Shown: positions 45,703-55,643, numbered from the stretch's first letter. The stretch is 59,214 nt of DNA from Oscillospiraceae bacterium (GCA_031262065.1 JAISIK010000001.1:1-59214); one strand, 5' to 3'. The notes: generated by a model not told the origin, from the letters alone. Numbers and translations: made by a program.

Positions 45703-46950
45703 TTAGTTGTTCAGCTCCGTGATGCCATCAATTCGCAGGGCGAAATACGGAGCGCTGCGATGAACCGATTCGATAAATGCGCCGTCTTCAATCGCCTCAC
45801 CGCTGTCGTTGACCCAGTCGCCGTTGGTATCGAGCGCAAAGGCGGAGGTTACATGCCCTTCTGCATCCACGGTATACGAACCGTCGGCGGCGGGCTGGCA
45901 GGTAAAGGTGCTCGTGTCGAAGACTTTGAGGCTGCCGTCCTTGATGGCTGCCCAAACTTCATCGACCTTCTCCTGTGTGCCTGCAGCGCAGGATGCGCCG
46001 AGCGCGGAGATTGCAACTGCGCCGTTTGCATAGCCGGTTGCAAAGTCGGTGGGCACTTCTTTGCCTTCCACAAAGTTTCTGAGCATCTCGACATAAACCT
46101 TAGACCAGACGTTCTGCGCGGATGTGAGCGCAGCCTCCGGCGCAACTGCGAGCATGTCGATGTTATAGCCGACGCTGTAAACCTTCGCGCCGTTGTCATA
46201 GGCTTCCTGCACCGCAGACGGCGCGCCGGTGGAGTCTGCATGCTGCCCGATAATCACGCAGCCGCGCGAGAGAAGCGCGTCTGCTGCCGCAGCCTCGGCA
46301 GTGGGGTCATACCAAGAGTTCGTGTACTGCACATCCATATAGGCGTCCGGCACGATGGAGCGAATGCCCAAGAAGAATGCGGTATAGCCGCAGACCACTT
46401 CTGCATAGGGGAACGCGCCGACATAGCCGACGTGGGCGTCGGTCGCCGTGCCGTCTGCGAGCATTTCCTGCAGCTTCATGCCCGCGACAACGCCGGAAAC
46501 GTAACGTGATTCAAAGGTGTAGGGGAAAATGTTTTTCAAGTTGCTCAGTCCGGAAGGGGCTGCATTGTCGCCCGTGCAGGCGACGAAAGTCACGCTCGGA
46601 TTGTCCGTTGCAGCTTGCTGCATATAGGACTGATGCCCGTAGGAGTCGGAGAAAATGATGGTGCAGCCCTTTTCAACGAGGTCGGTCGCTGCATCGTAGC
46701 ACTTTGCATCTTCGGGGATATTGTACTTGAAGATAATGTTGCTCTCGGGAATGCCAAGCTCTGCACAGGCACCCTTGATGCCTTCGATATGCGCGGCGTC
46801 ATAGCCGGAATTCTCGTCGTGAATCAAAATGCAGCCGATTTTTACATCGGAAGAACCCTCCGGGGTTTTCCCGGCATCCTCCTTCGGGTTGCACGCGGCA
46901 AAGGCAAACACCATTGCCAGAACGAGAAGCAGCGCAAGTAACTTTTTCAA
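45703..46950 (-). CDS. BMP-family nucleoside-binding lipoprotein
   Basis: Lipobox FAAC, GYD.AH, RYVSGVVAG, YTNSWYDP, QHADSTG; TTG start with AAAGGAGG. Confidence 0.9.
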   Translation of the reverse strand: MKKLLALLLVLAMVFAFAACNPKEDAGKTPEGSSDVKIGCILIHDENSGYDAAHIEGIKGACAELGIPESNIIFKYNIPEDAKCYDAATDLVEKGCTIIFSDSYGHQSYMQQAATDNPSVTFVACTGDNAAPSGLSNLKNIFPYTFESRYVSGVVAGMKLQEMLADGTATDAHVGYVGAFPYAEVVCGYTAFFLGIRSIVPDAYMDVQYTNSWYDPTAEAAAADALLSRGCVIIGQHADSTGAPSAVQEAYDNGAKVYSVGYNIDMLAVAPEAALTSAQNVWSKVYVEMLRNFVEGKEVPTDFATGYANGAVAISALGASCAAGTQEKVDEVWAAIKDGSLKVFDTSTFTCQPAADGSYTVDAEGHVTSAFALDTNGDWVNDSGEAIEDGAFIESVHRSAPYFALRIDGITELNN

Positions 46951-47156
46951 AATACTTCCTCCTTTACGATGTTTCATAAATTTTATCCTGCCAAATACAG
47001 TTTACCGAAAAGCGGAAAAAAATGCAATAAGAAAACAGCACAAACTATACAAATATTTTTAGTCATATCGCACAATTTTTTAGCAAATTCACGGTTTTTC
47101 GCGGGATTTTGCGCATAAAACGGACGCACCGCTACCGCAGTGCGTCCGCAAGATGC

Positions 47157-48890
47157 TCAAATAAATTGCTGCTTGTTAACGTCAATCACGCCGCGCGTGG
47201 TCAGGCGCAGGGTCGGAATGACGGGCAGGGACATAAACGAAAGCGTCATAAAGGGGTCGATATTCCGGCTGACGCCGAGCGCAAACGCCTGCTCCTTCGC
47301 GGCTTCCAAGCTGTCGTTGACGGTCACGAGGCTGTCGTTGCTCATGAGTCCCGCAATTTCCAGCTTCACATCGCCCATCACCTCGCCGCCGCGCACAACG
47401 GTAATGCCGCCGCAGTTTTCCACCACATGGTTTGCCGCAAATGCCATCTCCTCCGCGCTCGCGCCGACAACGATAATATTATGCGAATCGTGCGAAATGG
47501 AGGTCGCCACCGCGCCGCTTTGCAGCCCGTAGCCCTGAATATAGCCCAGCCCGATATGGTGAGTGTTCTTATGCCGCTCAATCACCGCGATTTTCAGAAT
47601 GTCCTTCTCCAAATCCACCGCCTTCGCGTAGCCGTTATCGGTGGAAACGATTTCGTTCGCAATCAGCCCGATTACGCCGCGCGGGCGCTCGTCGGTGAAG
47701 TCCTGCGCGGTCAGGCGGGCGACATGGAAGGTATCGTGCGCCCGCGCGCTGAGATAATCGTCGATCTTCGGCGTGGGGAAGTCTTCTGCAACGCCGTCGC
47801 GGCAGGTCATAACGCCCTTTTTGAAGACCATTTCGACGTTAAAGTTCTCGAAATTGTCGACAATGGCAAAATCCGCCAAGTAGCCCGGGGCAATCGCGCC
47901 GCGATTGTTGAGCTGGAAGTAGCGCGCGGGGTTGTGGCACGCCGTTTTCACGGCGACAATCGGGTCAACCCCGTAGGAGATGACCTTGCGGATGATATAG
48001 TCGATGTGCCCCTTTTCCAAGAGGTCGCTCGGGTGCTTATCGTCTGTGCAGAACATGCAGCGGTCGTAGTACGGCTGCTTGAGAAGGTCTACGAGCGCCT
48101 CGATATTGCGCGCAGCAGTGCCGTCGCGCAGCATGATAAACTGCCCGTTTCGCAGCTTTGCCATGGCATCGTCAAGCTCGGAGCACTCATGGTCGGAGTA
48201 AACGCCCGCTGCAATATAGGCTGCAAGGTCCTTGCCGCGAATGCCGGGGGCGTGCCCGTCGATCTTCTTGTGGTGCGCCTGCGCCGCAACGATTTTCGCG
48301 ATAACTTCCGGGTCTGCGCCGATTACGCCGACATAATTCATCATCTCCGCCAAGCCCTGCACGCGCGGATGGGCATAGAAGGAGTCGATGGCGCGGTAGT
48401 CGAGATTCGCGCCCGCCTCGTCGAGCGGCGTTGCCGGCACGCAGCTCGGCAGCATAAAGCGCACGTCGATAGGAAGCCCCTCCGTGGATTGCAGCATATA
48501 GTCGATGCCGTCGGTGCCCATGACGTTGGTGATTTCGTGCGGGTCTGTGATAACGGTGGTCGTGCCGTGCGGCATAACCGCCTTGACAAATTCCTTCGGG
48601 GAAACCAGCGCGGATTCCAAATGGATATGCGCATCGATAAAGCCCGGGCAGACAATCTTCCCGGAAACATCGATCTCCTGCGCGCCCTCGTAATCGCCCA
48701 TGCCGACAATCTGCCCCTTCGCCACGGCGATATCGCCGGAGCAAAGCTCATTGGAAAAGACATTTATATATGTAGCGTTTTTTAAGACCAAATCAGCCTT
48801 CTTTCGACCGCTTGCAACATCCACAAGGTGCTGCTTCTTCATCAGCTTACGCTGGATTCTTGCCGCATAGGTTTCAATCGTATTGGTCAT
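47157..48890 (-). CDS. ade: Adenine deaminase
   Basis: PGFIDAHIHLES, DPHEITNV, EMMNY, DGHAP, SDHE, CTDDKH, SHDSHN. Confidence 0.95.
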   Translation of the reverse strand: MTNTIETYAARIQRKLMKKQHLVDVASGRKKADLVLKNATYINVFSNELCSGDIAVAKGQIVGMGDYEGAQEIDVSGKIVCPGFIDAHIHLESALVSPKEFVKAVMPHGTTTVITDPHEITNVMGTDGIDYMLQSTEGLPIDVRFMLPSCVPATPLDEAGANLDYRAIDSFYAHPRVQGLAEMMNYVGVIGADPEVIAKIVAAQAHHKKIDGHAPGIRGKDLAAYIAAGVYSDHECSELDDAMAKLRNGQFIMLRDGTAARNIEALVDLLKQPYYDRCMFCTDDKHPSDLLEKGHIDYIIRKVISYGVDPIVAVKTACHNPARYFQLNNRGAIAPGYLADFAIVDNFENFNVEMVFKKGVMTCRDGVAEDFPTPKIDDYLSARAHDTFHVARLTAQDFTDERPRGVIGLIANEIVSTDNGYAKAVDLEKDILKIAVIERHKNTHHIGLGYIQGYGLQSGAVATSISHDSHNIIVVGASAEEMAFAANHVVENCGGITVVRGGEVMGDVKLEIAGLMSNDSLVTVNDSLEAAKEQAFALGVSRNIDPFMTLSFMSLPVIPTLRLTTRGVIDVNKQQFI

Positions 48891-49046
48891 GCACAACATC
48901 CTTTCTGCTTCTCGTGTATTTGAACAATCATACCACAGGGCGCGCGCTTTGTCCAAGTGGAAAAGTGTACAAATTTTTGCCCCTGTTTTTGGCAGGCGAT
49001 TGCGGCGATTGGCAGAATGTGCTATACTGCTTCTCGAGGTGATTTC

Positions 49047-49592
49047 ATGAAAACGCTACTGCATATCTGCTGCGCCCCCTGCGCAAACCAATGCATCGAC
49101 CAATTGCGCGAGGAAGGGCATACGCTGCGCGGGTTTTGGTTCAATCCGAATATCCATCCTTTTACGGAATACCGCGCCCGCCGCGACGCCGTGCAGAGCT
49201 ATGCGCAAAGCGTGTCCCTGCCGCTGCTTTTGCGCGATGAGTACGCCCTGCGCCCCTTCATCCGCGCGGTTTGCGAAGATATTGCGGGGCGCTGCGGCAA
49301 ATGCTACGCGATTCGACTGTTTGCAACTGCGCAAGTTGCAGCCGAGCAGGGCTTTGACGCGTTCACCTCGTCCCTCTTTATCAGCCCGTACCAAAACCAT
49401 GCGCTGATGAAGGAAGTTGCGCAGCAGGCTGCGCAGGAATACGGCGTGGAATTTCTATACCGCGATTTTCGCCCCGCCTTCCGCGCGGGGCAGGAACGCG
49501 CCCGCGAAAAGCAAATCTATATGCAAAAATACTGCGGCTGCATCTTTTCCGAAGAAGAGCGCTATCTCAAAGAGCAGCGGCGCATCCCATAA
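49047..49592 (+). CDS. queH: Epoxyqueuosine reductase QueH
   Basis: LLHICCAPC, FNPNIHP..EY, RC..CY..RL, Y.Q.YCGC.FS. Confidence 0.92.
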   Translation: MKTLLHICCAPCANQCIDQLREEGHTLRGFWFNPNIHPFTEYRARRDAVQSYAQSVSLPLLLRDEYALRPFIRAVCEDIAGRCGKCYAIRLFATAQVAAEQGFDAFTSSLFISPYQNHALMKEVAQQAAQEYGVEFLYRDFRPAFRAGQERAREKQIYMQKYCGCIFSEEERYLKEQRRIP

Positions 49593-49597
49593 TACGC

Positions 49598-49629
49598 AAT
49601 GGCAGAGGAACGCTTGTTCCTCTGCCATT
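49598..49629. terminator. Hairpin between convergent genes
   Basis: AATGGCAGAGGAAC-GCTT-GTTCCTCTGCCATT. Confidence 0.75.
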
Positions 49630-49633
49630 AAAA

Positions 49634-50380
49634 CTAGGCAAAAACACTTGCCCAAATGCCGCAAATTTCGCGGACGAAATAATGCACACGCGTGAAAACG
49701 CTCTGCGTTCGCGCGGGATAGCCCAGCGCGGTAACTCCTTCTTTTTCGGCGTACAGCATGGCGCGGCGCAGGTGGTATTCGCTGGAAAGCACAGCCACCC
49801 TTTCGGGCTTCTTTCCCGTTTCCGCTTCAATCAAGGCAAGGGAAAAGGCGATATTTTCCTGCGTGCTGGTGGCGCGCTCTTCTTTGCGAAGGCGCGAGCC
49901 GTCAATTCCGCGGGCAAGCAGCCAATCGTACATGCACTGCGCTTCGGTGATATGCTCGTACGCCCCCTGCCCGCCGGATAAAACGGCAATGGCGTCGGGA
50001 TAGCGCTGCAAGTATTCCAGCGCGGCGTCCAGCCGTTCTCGCAGAGAGCGGCTCGGCACGCTGCCGTTCACGCCCGCTCCGAGGACAATTACGTAGTTTG
50101 CCTGCGGGTTTTCCGCGCCCGCCATCGCCACGCCAACCCAAATGCCGGTTGCAGCAGTTAAGAGAAGCACCGCGCAAAGCGCAAGAAGCAGCGTACGGCG
50201 GGCATATTTGGCAGTGCGCGGGTATCGCTTTTTCAGCGCATCGAACAGCCCGAAAAGCGCCCAAAGCGCAGCGATTGCAGCCAGCACGCCCGACGCAAAG
50301 GCGTAGCCGTAGGCATAATAGTACGTGAGCGCAGCGAGCAAAAGCAGCGCAAGCACCGGGATATAATAGCGCTTTTTCAT
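49634..50380 (-). CDS. YdcF/ElyC (DUF218) membrane protein
   Basis: IVLGAG, RLD.A, LSGGQG..E..TEA..M, ST.EN, SEYHLRRA. Confidence 0.9.
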   Translation of the reverse strand: MKKRYYIPVLALLLLAALTYYYAYGYAFASGVLAAIAALWALFGLFDALKKRYPRTAKYARRTLLLALCAVLLLTAATGIWVGVAMAGAENPQANYVIVLGAGVNGSVPSRSLRERLDAALEYLQRYPDAIAVLSGGQGAYEHITEAQCMYDWLLARGIDGSRLRKEERATSTQENIAFSLALIEAETGKKPERVAVLSSEYHLRRAMLYAEKEGVTALGYPARTQSVFTRVHYFVREICGIWASVFA

Positions 50381-51411
50381 CAGAACAGATAGCCTTTGAG
50401 CACGCGCAGGGTGTTCAGGACGCCGTCTTTATGGCTGCGCTCGTAGCCGTGCGAGGCGTAGACGCCGGGGCCAATCAGCCCATGGCGCAGGTCGTGCCCC
50501 GCGCCTAAGGTCGCCTCAACATCCGAGCCGTAATGCGGATAAATATCCACGGCGAAGTCCGCCTTTTCCTTCTTCGCTGCGGCAATGAGCTTCTGCACCA
50601 CCGCATAGGCATACGGTCCGCCGGAGTCCTTTGCGCAGATGGACACCTGCCGCTCCGTGCACTGCAGCCCCTCGCCCACGCAGCCCATATCCACCGAAAT
50701 CGCCTCCGTCACACCGGGCGGCACGGAGGCTGCGCCGCCGTGCCCGACTTCTTCGTAAACCGTGATGTGCACATAAACCTGCCGCGCAGGCACTTGATTT
50801 TCATCACGCAGGAACTTTGCAAAGCCCAAGAGGATGCCCACAGAGAGCTTGTCGTCTAAAAAGCGGCTTTTGATATAGCCCGATTCGCTCACGCGGGTAC
50901 GCGGCTCAAAGCAGACAAAATCGCCCACGCAAATGCCGAGTTTCTGCACGTCCTCCTGCGATTGCACCGGCTCGTCAAGGACGACCTCGGTAGCATCAAA
51001 GCTGCGCTTGGTGCTGCTGTACTCGCCATTGACATGAATCGAGGCGTTAATCAGCTGTAAAGTGCCCTCGTACACGCCGTGAAATTTCGTCACCACGCGG
51101 CAATTCTCCGCCTCCGCATTATTCGCATTCATCCCGCCGACATTGACAATGCGCAGCCGTCCGTCGCTCTTAATCTGCGCGACCATGCCGCCCAGCGTGT
51201 CCGCATGCGCCTCGAGAAGCAGGGCGTCGTCTGCATCCTGTCCGCCCAAATCAACCAAAATGCCGCCCTTGACCGTGCGCTTTGCCGAAAACCCCAGCGC
51301 CTGAAACTCCCGCTGCACATATTCCTCGGCAGCTGCTGTGTAGCCTGTGGGGCTGTCGATTTGCAAGAGCTCGACGGTTTTCTCCACGGCGAAGTCTACA
51401 TAGTTTTCCAT
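50380..51411 (-). CDS. M42 family metallopeptidase
   Basis: IDSPTGYT, AHADTLG, SRFLDDK, YEEVGHG, VDMG, ASHGYER; start MENYVDF. Confidence 0.92.
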   Translation of the reverse strand: MENYVDFAVEKTVELLQIDSPTGYTAAAEEYVQREFQALGFSAKRTVKGGILVDLGGQDADDALLLEAHADTLGGMVAQIKSDGRLRIVNVGGMNANNAEAENCRVVTKFHGVYEGTLQLINASIHVNGEYSSTKRSFDATEVVLDEPVQSQEDVQKLGICVGDFVCFEPRTRVSESGYIKSRFLDDKLSVGILLGFAKFLRDENQVPARQVYVHITVYEEVGHGGAASVPPGVTEAISVDMGCVGEGLQCTERQVSICAKDSGGPYAYAVVQKLIAAAKKEKADFAVDIYPHYGSDVEATLGAGHDLRHGLIGPGVYASHGYERSHKDGVLNTLRVLKGYLF

Positions 51412-51500
51412 AATCCCGCTCCTATACGTATTTGGCCCTATCATAGCATAAAAGCAGGAAAATTGCACGAAAAAACCCTGTACCTCCAAAGGCGGGTATT

Positions 51501-52022
51501 TTATTCATCCCATTCCTCTTGGAAAAATGTTGTATCGGTATACGCAATACGGACGCGCTTAAAGTCAAAGAGAGGTATTTCATTCCTTTCGAAACAATCT
51601 ATCAGTTCTCTAAACCCTGACGAAGTGTATTCGACGCGAAGAATTCTTTTTTCACCGGCATAGACTAACAGGCTGTCGAAACCCATTTTCAGCCGTGTTA
51701 TATCATGAATTGTATATTCCCTGCGTATCTTTGGAAATCTCGCCACAGCTATTTTTCCCCCGGAGACCGTTATTTTGAGCGGTGAATAATACAAGGAATA
51801 CGCCAAAGATGATACAAAGGCACCTGGAAAAAATAAATAGTAATCTATACCTATAATATTGTCTTCTATAATTCCTATATCTCCTAATATATTAACCAGT
51901 ATAAAAATAAAGCATTCTACTGCAAATGTGAACATCACTATAAAAACAAATTTCGGGGACTTAACAACAAAGCTGTTACCTTCTTCAACCATCGTCGTCA
52001 CCTCTGTATCGTTTTCTGTCAT
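51501..52022 (-). CDS. AT-rich hypothetical membrane protein (two TM segments plus a small soluble domain)
   Basis: 173-aa ORF with two hydrophobic segments; base composition visibly more AT-rich than the flanks. Start uncertain. Confidence 0.65.
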   Translation of the reverse strand: MTENDTEVTTMVEEGNSFVVKSPKFVFIVMFTFAVECFIFILVNILGDIGIIEDNIIGIDYYLFFPGAFVSSLAYSLYYSPLKITVSGGKIAVARFPKIRREYTIHDITRLKMGFDSLLVYAGEKRILRVEYTSSGFRELIDCFERNEIPLFDFKRVRIAYTDTTFFQEEWDE

Positions 52023-52101
52023 AGCATTTCGTCAATCAAACAATTCCGTTGCGATTATCGTATATCCCGTTTATGCGCCGATCAAGCGCTTTTTCTATAC
52101 T

Positions 52102-52146
52102 GAAAAACCCTATCCCATGCCCCAAAAACGGGGCATGGGATTTTTC
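52102..52146. terminator. Terminator after thrS
   Basis: ATCCCATGCCCC-loop-GGGGCATGGGAT with flanking A/T runs. Confidence 0.75.
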
Positions 52147-52148
52147 TA

Positions 52149-53942
52149 TCATTTTGTACTTTTCTCTGCAATTTCCTTCAGGCACTTGGCTGTGAAGTCC
52201 TCCAAGCGCATCACGCCCTCGTCGCCGCCGCCGCGCGTACGCACAGCCACAAGTCCATCTTCCGCTTCCTTGTCGCCGAGGACAAGCATATACGGAATCT
52301 TCTGCATTTGCGCCTCGCGAATCTTGTAGCCGAGCTTTTCGCTGCGATAGTCGCCCTCCACGCGGATGCCGACCCGCGCAAGCTCCTGAACCACCGTTTC
52401 CGCATACGCGTGTGTGCGCTCCGTAATCGGCAGTACGCGCACCTGCGTGCCCATCAGCCACAGCGGAAGCGCGCCCGCGTACTTTTCAATCAGCAGCGCC
52501 AGCGTACGCTCGTAGCAGCCCATGGATGTGCGGTGGATAATATAGGGCGTCTTTTTCTGCCCGTCCGCATCGACATATTCCATGCCGAATTTTTCCGCCA
52601 GCAGCATATCAATCTGAATGGTAACGAGGGTGTCCTCCTTGCCATACACATTCTTAATTTGAATGTCCAGCTTCGGACCGTAGAAGGCAGCCTCGTCGAT
52701 ACCGACGCTGTAGGCAATGCCTAAGTCGTCGAGGATTTTGCCCATGGCATCCTGCGCCAAATTCCACTGCTCGGCGGTGCCTTCGTACTTATTGTTCGGG
52801 TTTGCGGGGTCCCACTGCGAGAAGCGATAGCTGCAATCCTCTTCCAGCCCCAGCGTAGAAAGCATATATTTCGCCAAATCCAAGCAATTCTTAAACTCCT
52901 GCTCAAGCTGATCCGGGCGCAAAATCAAGTGCCCCTCGGAGATGGTGAATTGCCGCACACGAATCAGCCCGTGCATCTCGCCGGAATCCTCATTGCGGAA
53001 AAGCGTCGAGGTTTCGCCCAACCGCATGGGCAAATCGCGGTAGGAACGCATCTTGCTCAGATAAACCTGATACTGGAAGGGGCAGGTCATCGGGCGCAGG
53101 GCATAGCACTCCTTCGTCTCGTCGTCTTGGTCGCCGAAGATGAACATGCCGTCGCGATAATGATCCCAGTGCCCGGAGATTTTGTATAAATCGCGCTTCG
53201 CCATCAGCGGCGTTTTCGTGAGGATATAGCCGCGCTTCTGCTCCTCGTCCTCCACCCAGCGCTGCAGCAGCTGAATTGCGCGCGCGCCGTTCGGAAGCAT
53301 CACGGGAAGCCCCTGACCGATCACATCTACCGTTGTAAAATAATCCAGCTCGCGCCCGAGCTTGTTGTGGTCGCGGCGGCGTGCCTGCTCCTGCTTTTCC
53401 AAATAGTCGTCAAGCTCCTCCTTTTTCGGGAAGGCAACACCGTAGATGCGCTGGAGCATCTTGCGCTTCGAGTCGCCGCGCCAATATGCGCCGCAGCTCT
53501 GCGTGAGCTTGAAGGCATTTGCCTTAATGCGCCCCGTCGAGTCCAGATGCGGACCTGCGCACAGGTCTGTAAATTCGCCCTGCGTATAGAAGGAAATGAC
53601 TGCGTCCTCGGGCAGGTCGTTAATCAGTTCGACCTTATACGGCTCGCCCTTTTCCTGCATGAATGCCAGCGCCTGCGCCCGCGGCAATTCGCTGCGCACA
53701 AGCTGCAAGCGCTCCTTGCAGATTTTCTTCATCTCCGCCTCGATTGCCTCCAAATGCTCCTGCGTAAAGGGAATCTCAGAGTCGAAATCGTAGTACCAGC
53801 CGGTCTCAATCGCAGGGCCGATGGCGAGCTTCACGGTCGGATACAGGCGGGAAACCGCCTGCGCCATGACGTGCGCACAGGTGTGCCAATAGGTTTTGCG
53901 GTAGACCTCGTTTTCAAAGGTGTATAGGGATTCGTCTGCCAT
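52149..53942 (-). CDS. thrS: Threonine--tRNA ligase (lacking the N-terminal TGS domain)
   Basis: HTCAH, DLCAGPH, RDHNKLG, RPMTCP, FRNEDSG, AFYGPKLD, IIHR; start MADESLY with GGAGG. Confidence 0.97.
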   Translation of the reverse strand: MADESLYTFENEVYRKTYWHTCAHVMAQAVSRLYPTVKLAIGPAIETGWYYDFDSEIPFTQEHLEAIEAEMKKICKERLQLVRSELPRAQALAFMQEKGEPYKVELINDLPEDAVISFYTQGEFTDLCAGPHLDSTGRIKANAFKLTQSCGAYWRGDSKRKMLQRIYGVAFPKKEELDDYLEKQEQARRRDHNKLGRELDYFTTVDVIGQGLPVMLPNGARAIQLLQRWVEDEEQKRGYILTKTPLMAKRDLYKISGHWDHYRDGMFIFGDQDDETKECYALRPMTCPFQYQVYLSKMRSYRDLPMRLGETSTLFRNEDSGEMHGLIRVRQFTISEGHLILRPDQLEQEFKNCLDLAKYMLSTLGLEEDCSYRFSQWDPANPNNKYEGTAEQWNLAQDAMGKILDDLGIAYSVGIDEAAFYGPKLDIQIKNVYGKEDTLVTIQIDMLLAEKFGMEYVDADGQKKTPYIIHRTSMGCYERTLALLIEKYAGALPLWLMGTQVRVLPITERTHAYAETVVQELARVGIRVEGDYRSEKLGYKIREAQMQKIPYMLVLGDKEAEDGLVAVRTRGGGDEGVMRLEDFTAKCLKEIAEKSTK

Positions 53943-53974
53943 TGTGTTTGCCTCCTTCATCATTTGGGGCGGGA

Positions 53975-54225
53975 AATAAAAAATCCACCCCTGATTCTAT
54001 CAGGGGTGAGATACATCACGTATTCCACGGTTCCACCCTGCTTGCAGCGCAATGCGCCGCCGCTCGTTTGCGCAATACCGGGCGCACCCGTCCCCGCCTA
54101 CTTTGTTCAGCAGGGCAGCTCGGAAGTGGTGCGGCTGCAGCGCGCATGCAGGAACTTTTCAGCTGCCGTTCCCTCTCTGTGCATGGCTGTTTCTGTCGCC
54201 GTTCTTCGTCAACGCTCATAATATC
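53975..54225 (-). promoter_or_regulatory. T-box riboswitch (Thr)
   Basis: Stem I AGAGA/GCTGAAA motifs, ACC specifier (54130-54128), T-box AGGGTGGAACCGTG, terminator CACCCCTGA/TCAGGGGTG plus T run. Promoter TTGACA-17-TATATT at 54260-54232. Confidence 0.92.
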
Positions 54226-54414
54226 GTATTCAATATAGCACTTTCCTGCGCCGTTGTCAAATGGTTTCGATTGCCTCCCATTATGTTAACCATTTTGTAA
54301 CAATTTCACAATATATAGTGGGCGAACAGGAAAATTCTCGGGGCATATAGTTGCAAACGAATTTTACATAATTTGACAAAAAGTTCGGATTATCACAACA
54401 AATACGAAAAACGC

Positions 54415-54468
54415 TTGACAAATCAAATAAAAATGTTATAATTGTACAGCAGTAACAATATGGTTACA
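54415..54468 (+). promoter_or_regulatory. Sigma-A promoter plus a WalR-like direct repeat
   Basis: TTGACA-16 bp-TATAAT with TGn. Minus-strand TGTAAC-CATAT-TGTTAC at 54468-54452 matches TGTWAH-N5-TGTWAH. Confidence 0.6.
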
Positions 54469-54515
54469 ATAGTTTCAATCTCGAAATCAACACAATTGGA
54501 AAGGAGGGTGCTCTT

Positions 54516-55643
54516 ATGCACAGACCTCGAAAAGAGGCAAAACGCCGCGGCAAATGGCTTCGCAGAATGATTGCCATCAGCCTTATGATCGCCGCTATTA
54601 TCAGTACATTTTCGTATAGCGTTTTTGCCCGAAACAATTACATCATCACCGACGGCGACACCGTCACCACGCACACGTCCTACAGCGCAGACCCCGCACA
54701 AGTGCTTGACGAAGTTGGCATTGAACTGCGCGAAGAGGATACCTACACCACAGCCTATAACGATGGGGTGAACGAAATCACCATCCGGCGTATGCAAATC
54801 GTCACCGTTGTCTACAGAGGAACGCAAAGCGTTATCGGTACTTACGGCGAGCCGGTTGGCGGGCTGCTCGCTCGCATGGGCATCGCATTGACCGCGCAAG
54901 ACTATCTCTCCTGCGCAGCCGAAACCATTACCACAGACGGCATGACGATCGACATCGTACATAGGCAAGTCAAAACCGAAGTATACGAAGAGGCAATTCC
55001 CTTTGAAACCCGCTACTTTGAGGATGTAACCCTTGCCCCGGAGGATGAAATCGTTCTGGTGGAAGGCGTCGACGGCGTTGTGGAGTACAAAGCGCAGGTC
55101 ACCTTTGAAAACGGCGTGGAGGTCTCCCGCGAAATCTTGCGCGAGACGGAAACCACGAAAATGGTAGCAAAAATCGTCGTCTGCGGCGTGGATCGCAAGA
55201 TTATGGATCAAACCGAAGAAGAGAAGCCTGCGCAGAAACCCGGTAGCAGCTCTTCCGGCGGCTCTTCGGGCAGTTCGTCGGGCAGTTCCGGCGGCGTAAC
55301 CATCAACGAGGGCGGCTCGATTACCACCGCCTCCGGCGCGGTTTACACCTACTCGAAGATTCTCACCGTCACCGCAACCGCCTACTCCTGCGAGGGCTAC
55401 GTCGGCACAACCGCCACAGGCACGGTCGCGCGCGTCGGCGCAATCGCGGTTGACCCGAAGGTCATTCCCTACGGCACGCGGATGTACGTCGTCTCGAACG
55501 ACGGCATGTATGTCTACGGCTACTGCACCGCCGAGGACTGCGGCGGCGCAATCAAGGGCAACAAAATCGACCTGTATTTCGATACCATCAGCGAGTGCTA
55601 CCAGTTCGGCAGACGCTCGTGCACGGTGTATATTCTCACATAG
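54516..55643 (+). CDS. YabE-like G5/3D-domain cell-wall protein (putative lytic transglycosylase)
   Basis: N-terminal TM segment, DUF348-like region, G5 (IPFET...GVDG), Ser/Gly linker, 3D domain (ATAY, IAVDPKVIPYGT, AEDCGGAIKGNKIDLY); upstream of rsmA. Confidence 0.9.
   Translation: MHRPRKEAKRRGKWLRRMIAISLMIAAIISTFSYSVFARNNYIITDGDTVTTHTSYSADPAQVLDEVGIELREEDTYTTAYNDGVNEITIRRMQIVTVVYRGTQSVIGTYGEPVGGLLARMGIALTAQDYLSCAAETITTDGMTIDIVHRQVKTEVYEEAIPFETRYFEDVTLAPEDEIVLVEGVDGVVEYKAQVTFENGVEVSREILRETETTKMVAKIVVCGVDRKIMDQTEEEKPAQKPGSSSSGGSSGSSSGSSGGVTINEGGSITTASGAVYTYSKILTVTATAYSCEGYVGTTATGTVARVGAIAVDPKVIPYGTRMYVVSNDGMYVYGYCTAEDCGGAIKGNKIDLYFDTISECYQFGRRSCTVYILT

Noticed and set aside
46951-47156. Possible purine riboswitch upstream of the nucleoside-binding protein or ade
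   Set aside because: The conserved purine aptamer core (ATATGG...GTTTCTACC) is absent here and upstream of ade.
55240-55300. Low-complexity Ser/Gly-coding repeat
   Set aside because: Ordinary flexible linker between the G5 and 3D domains.
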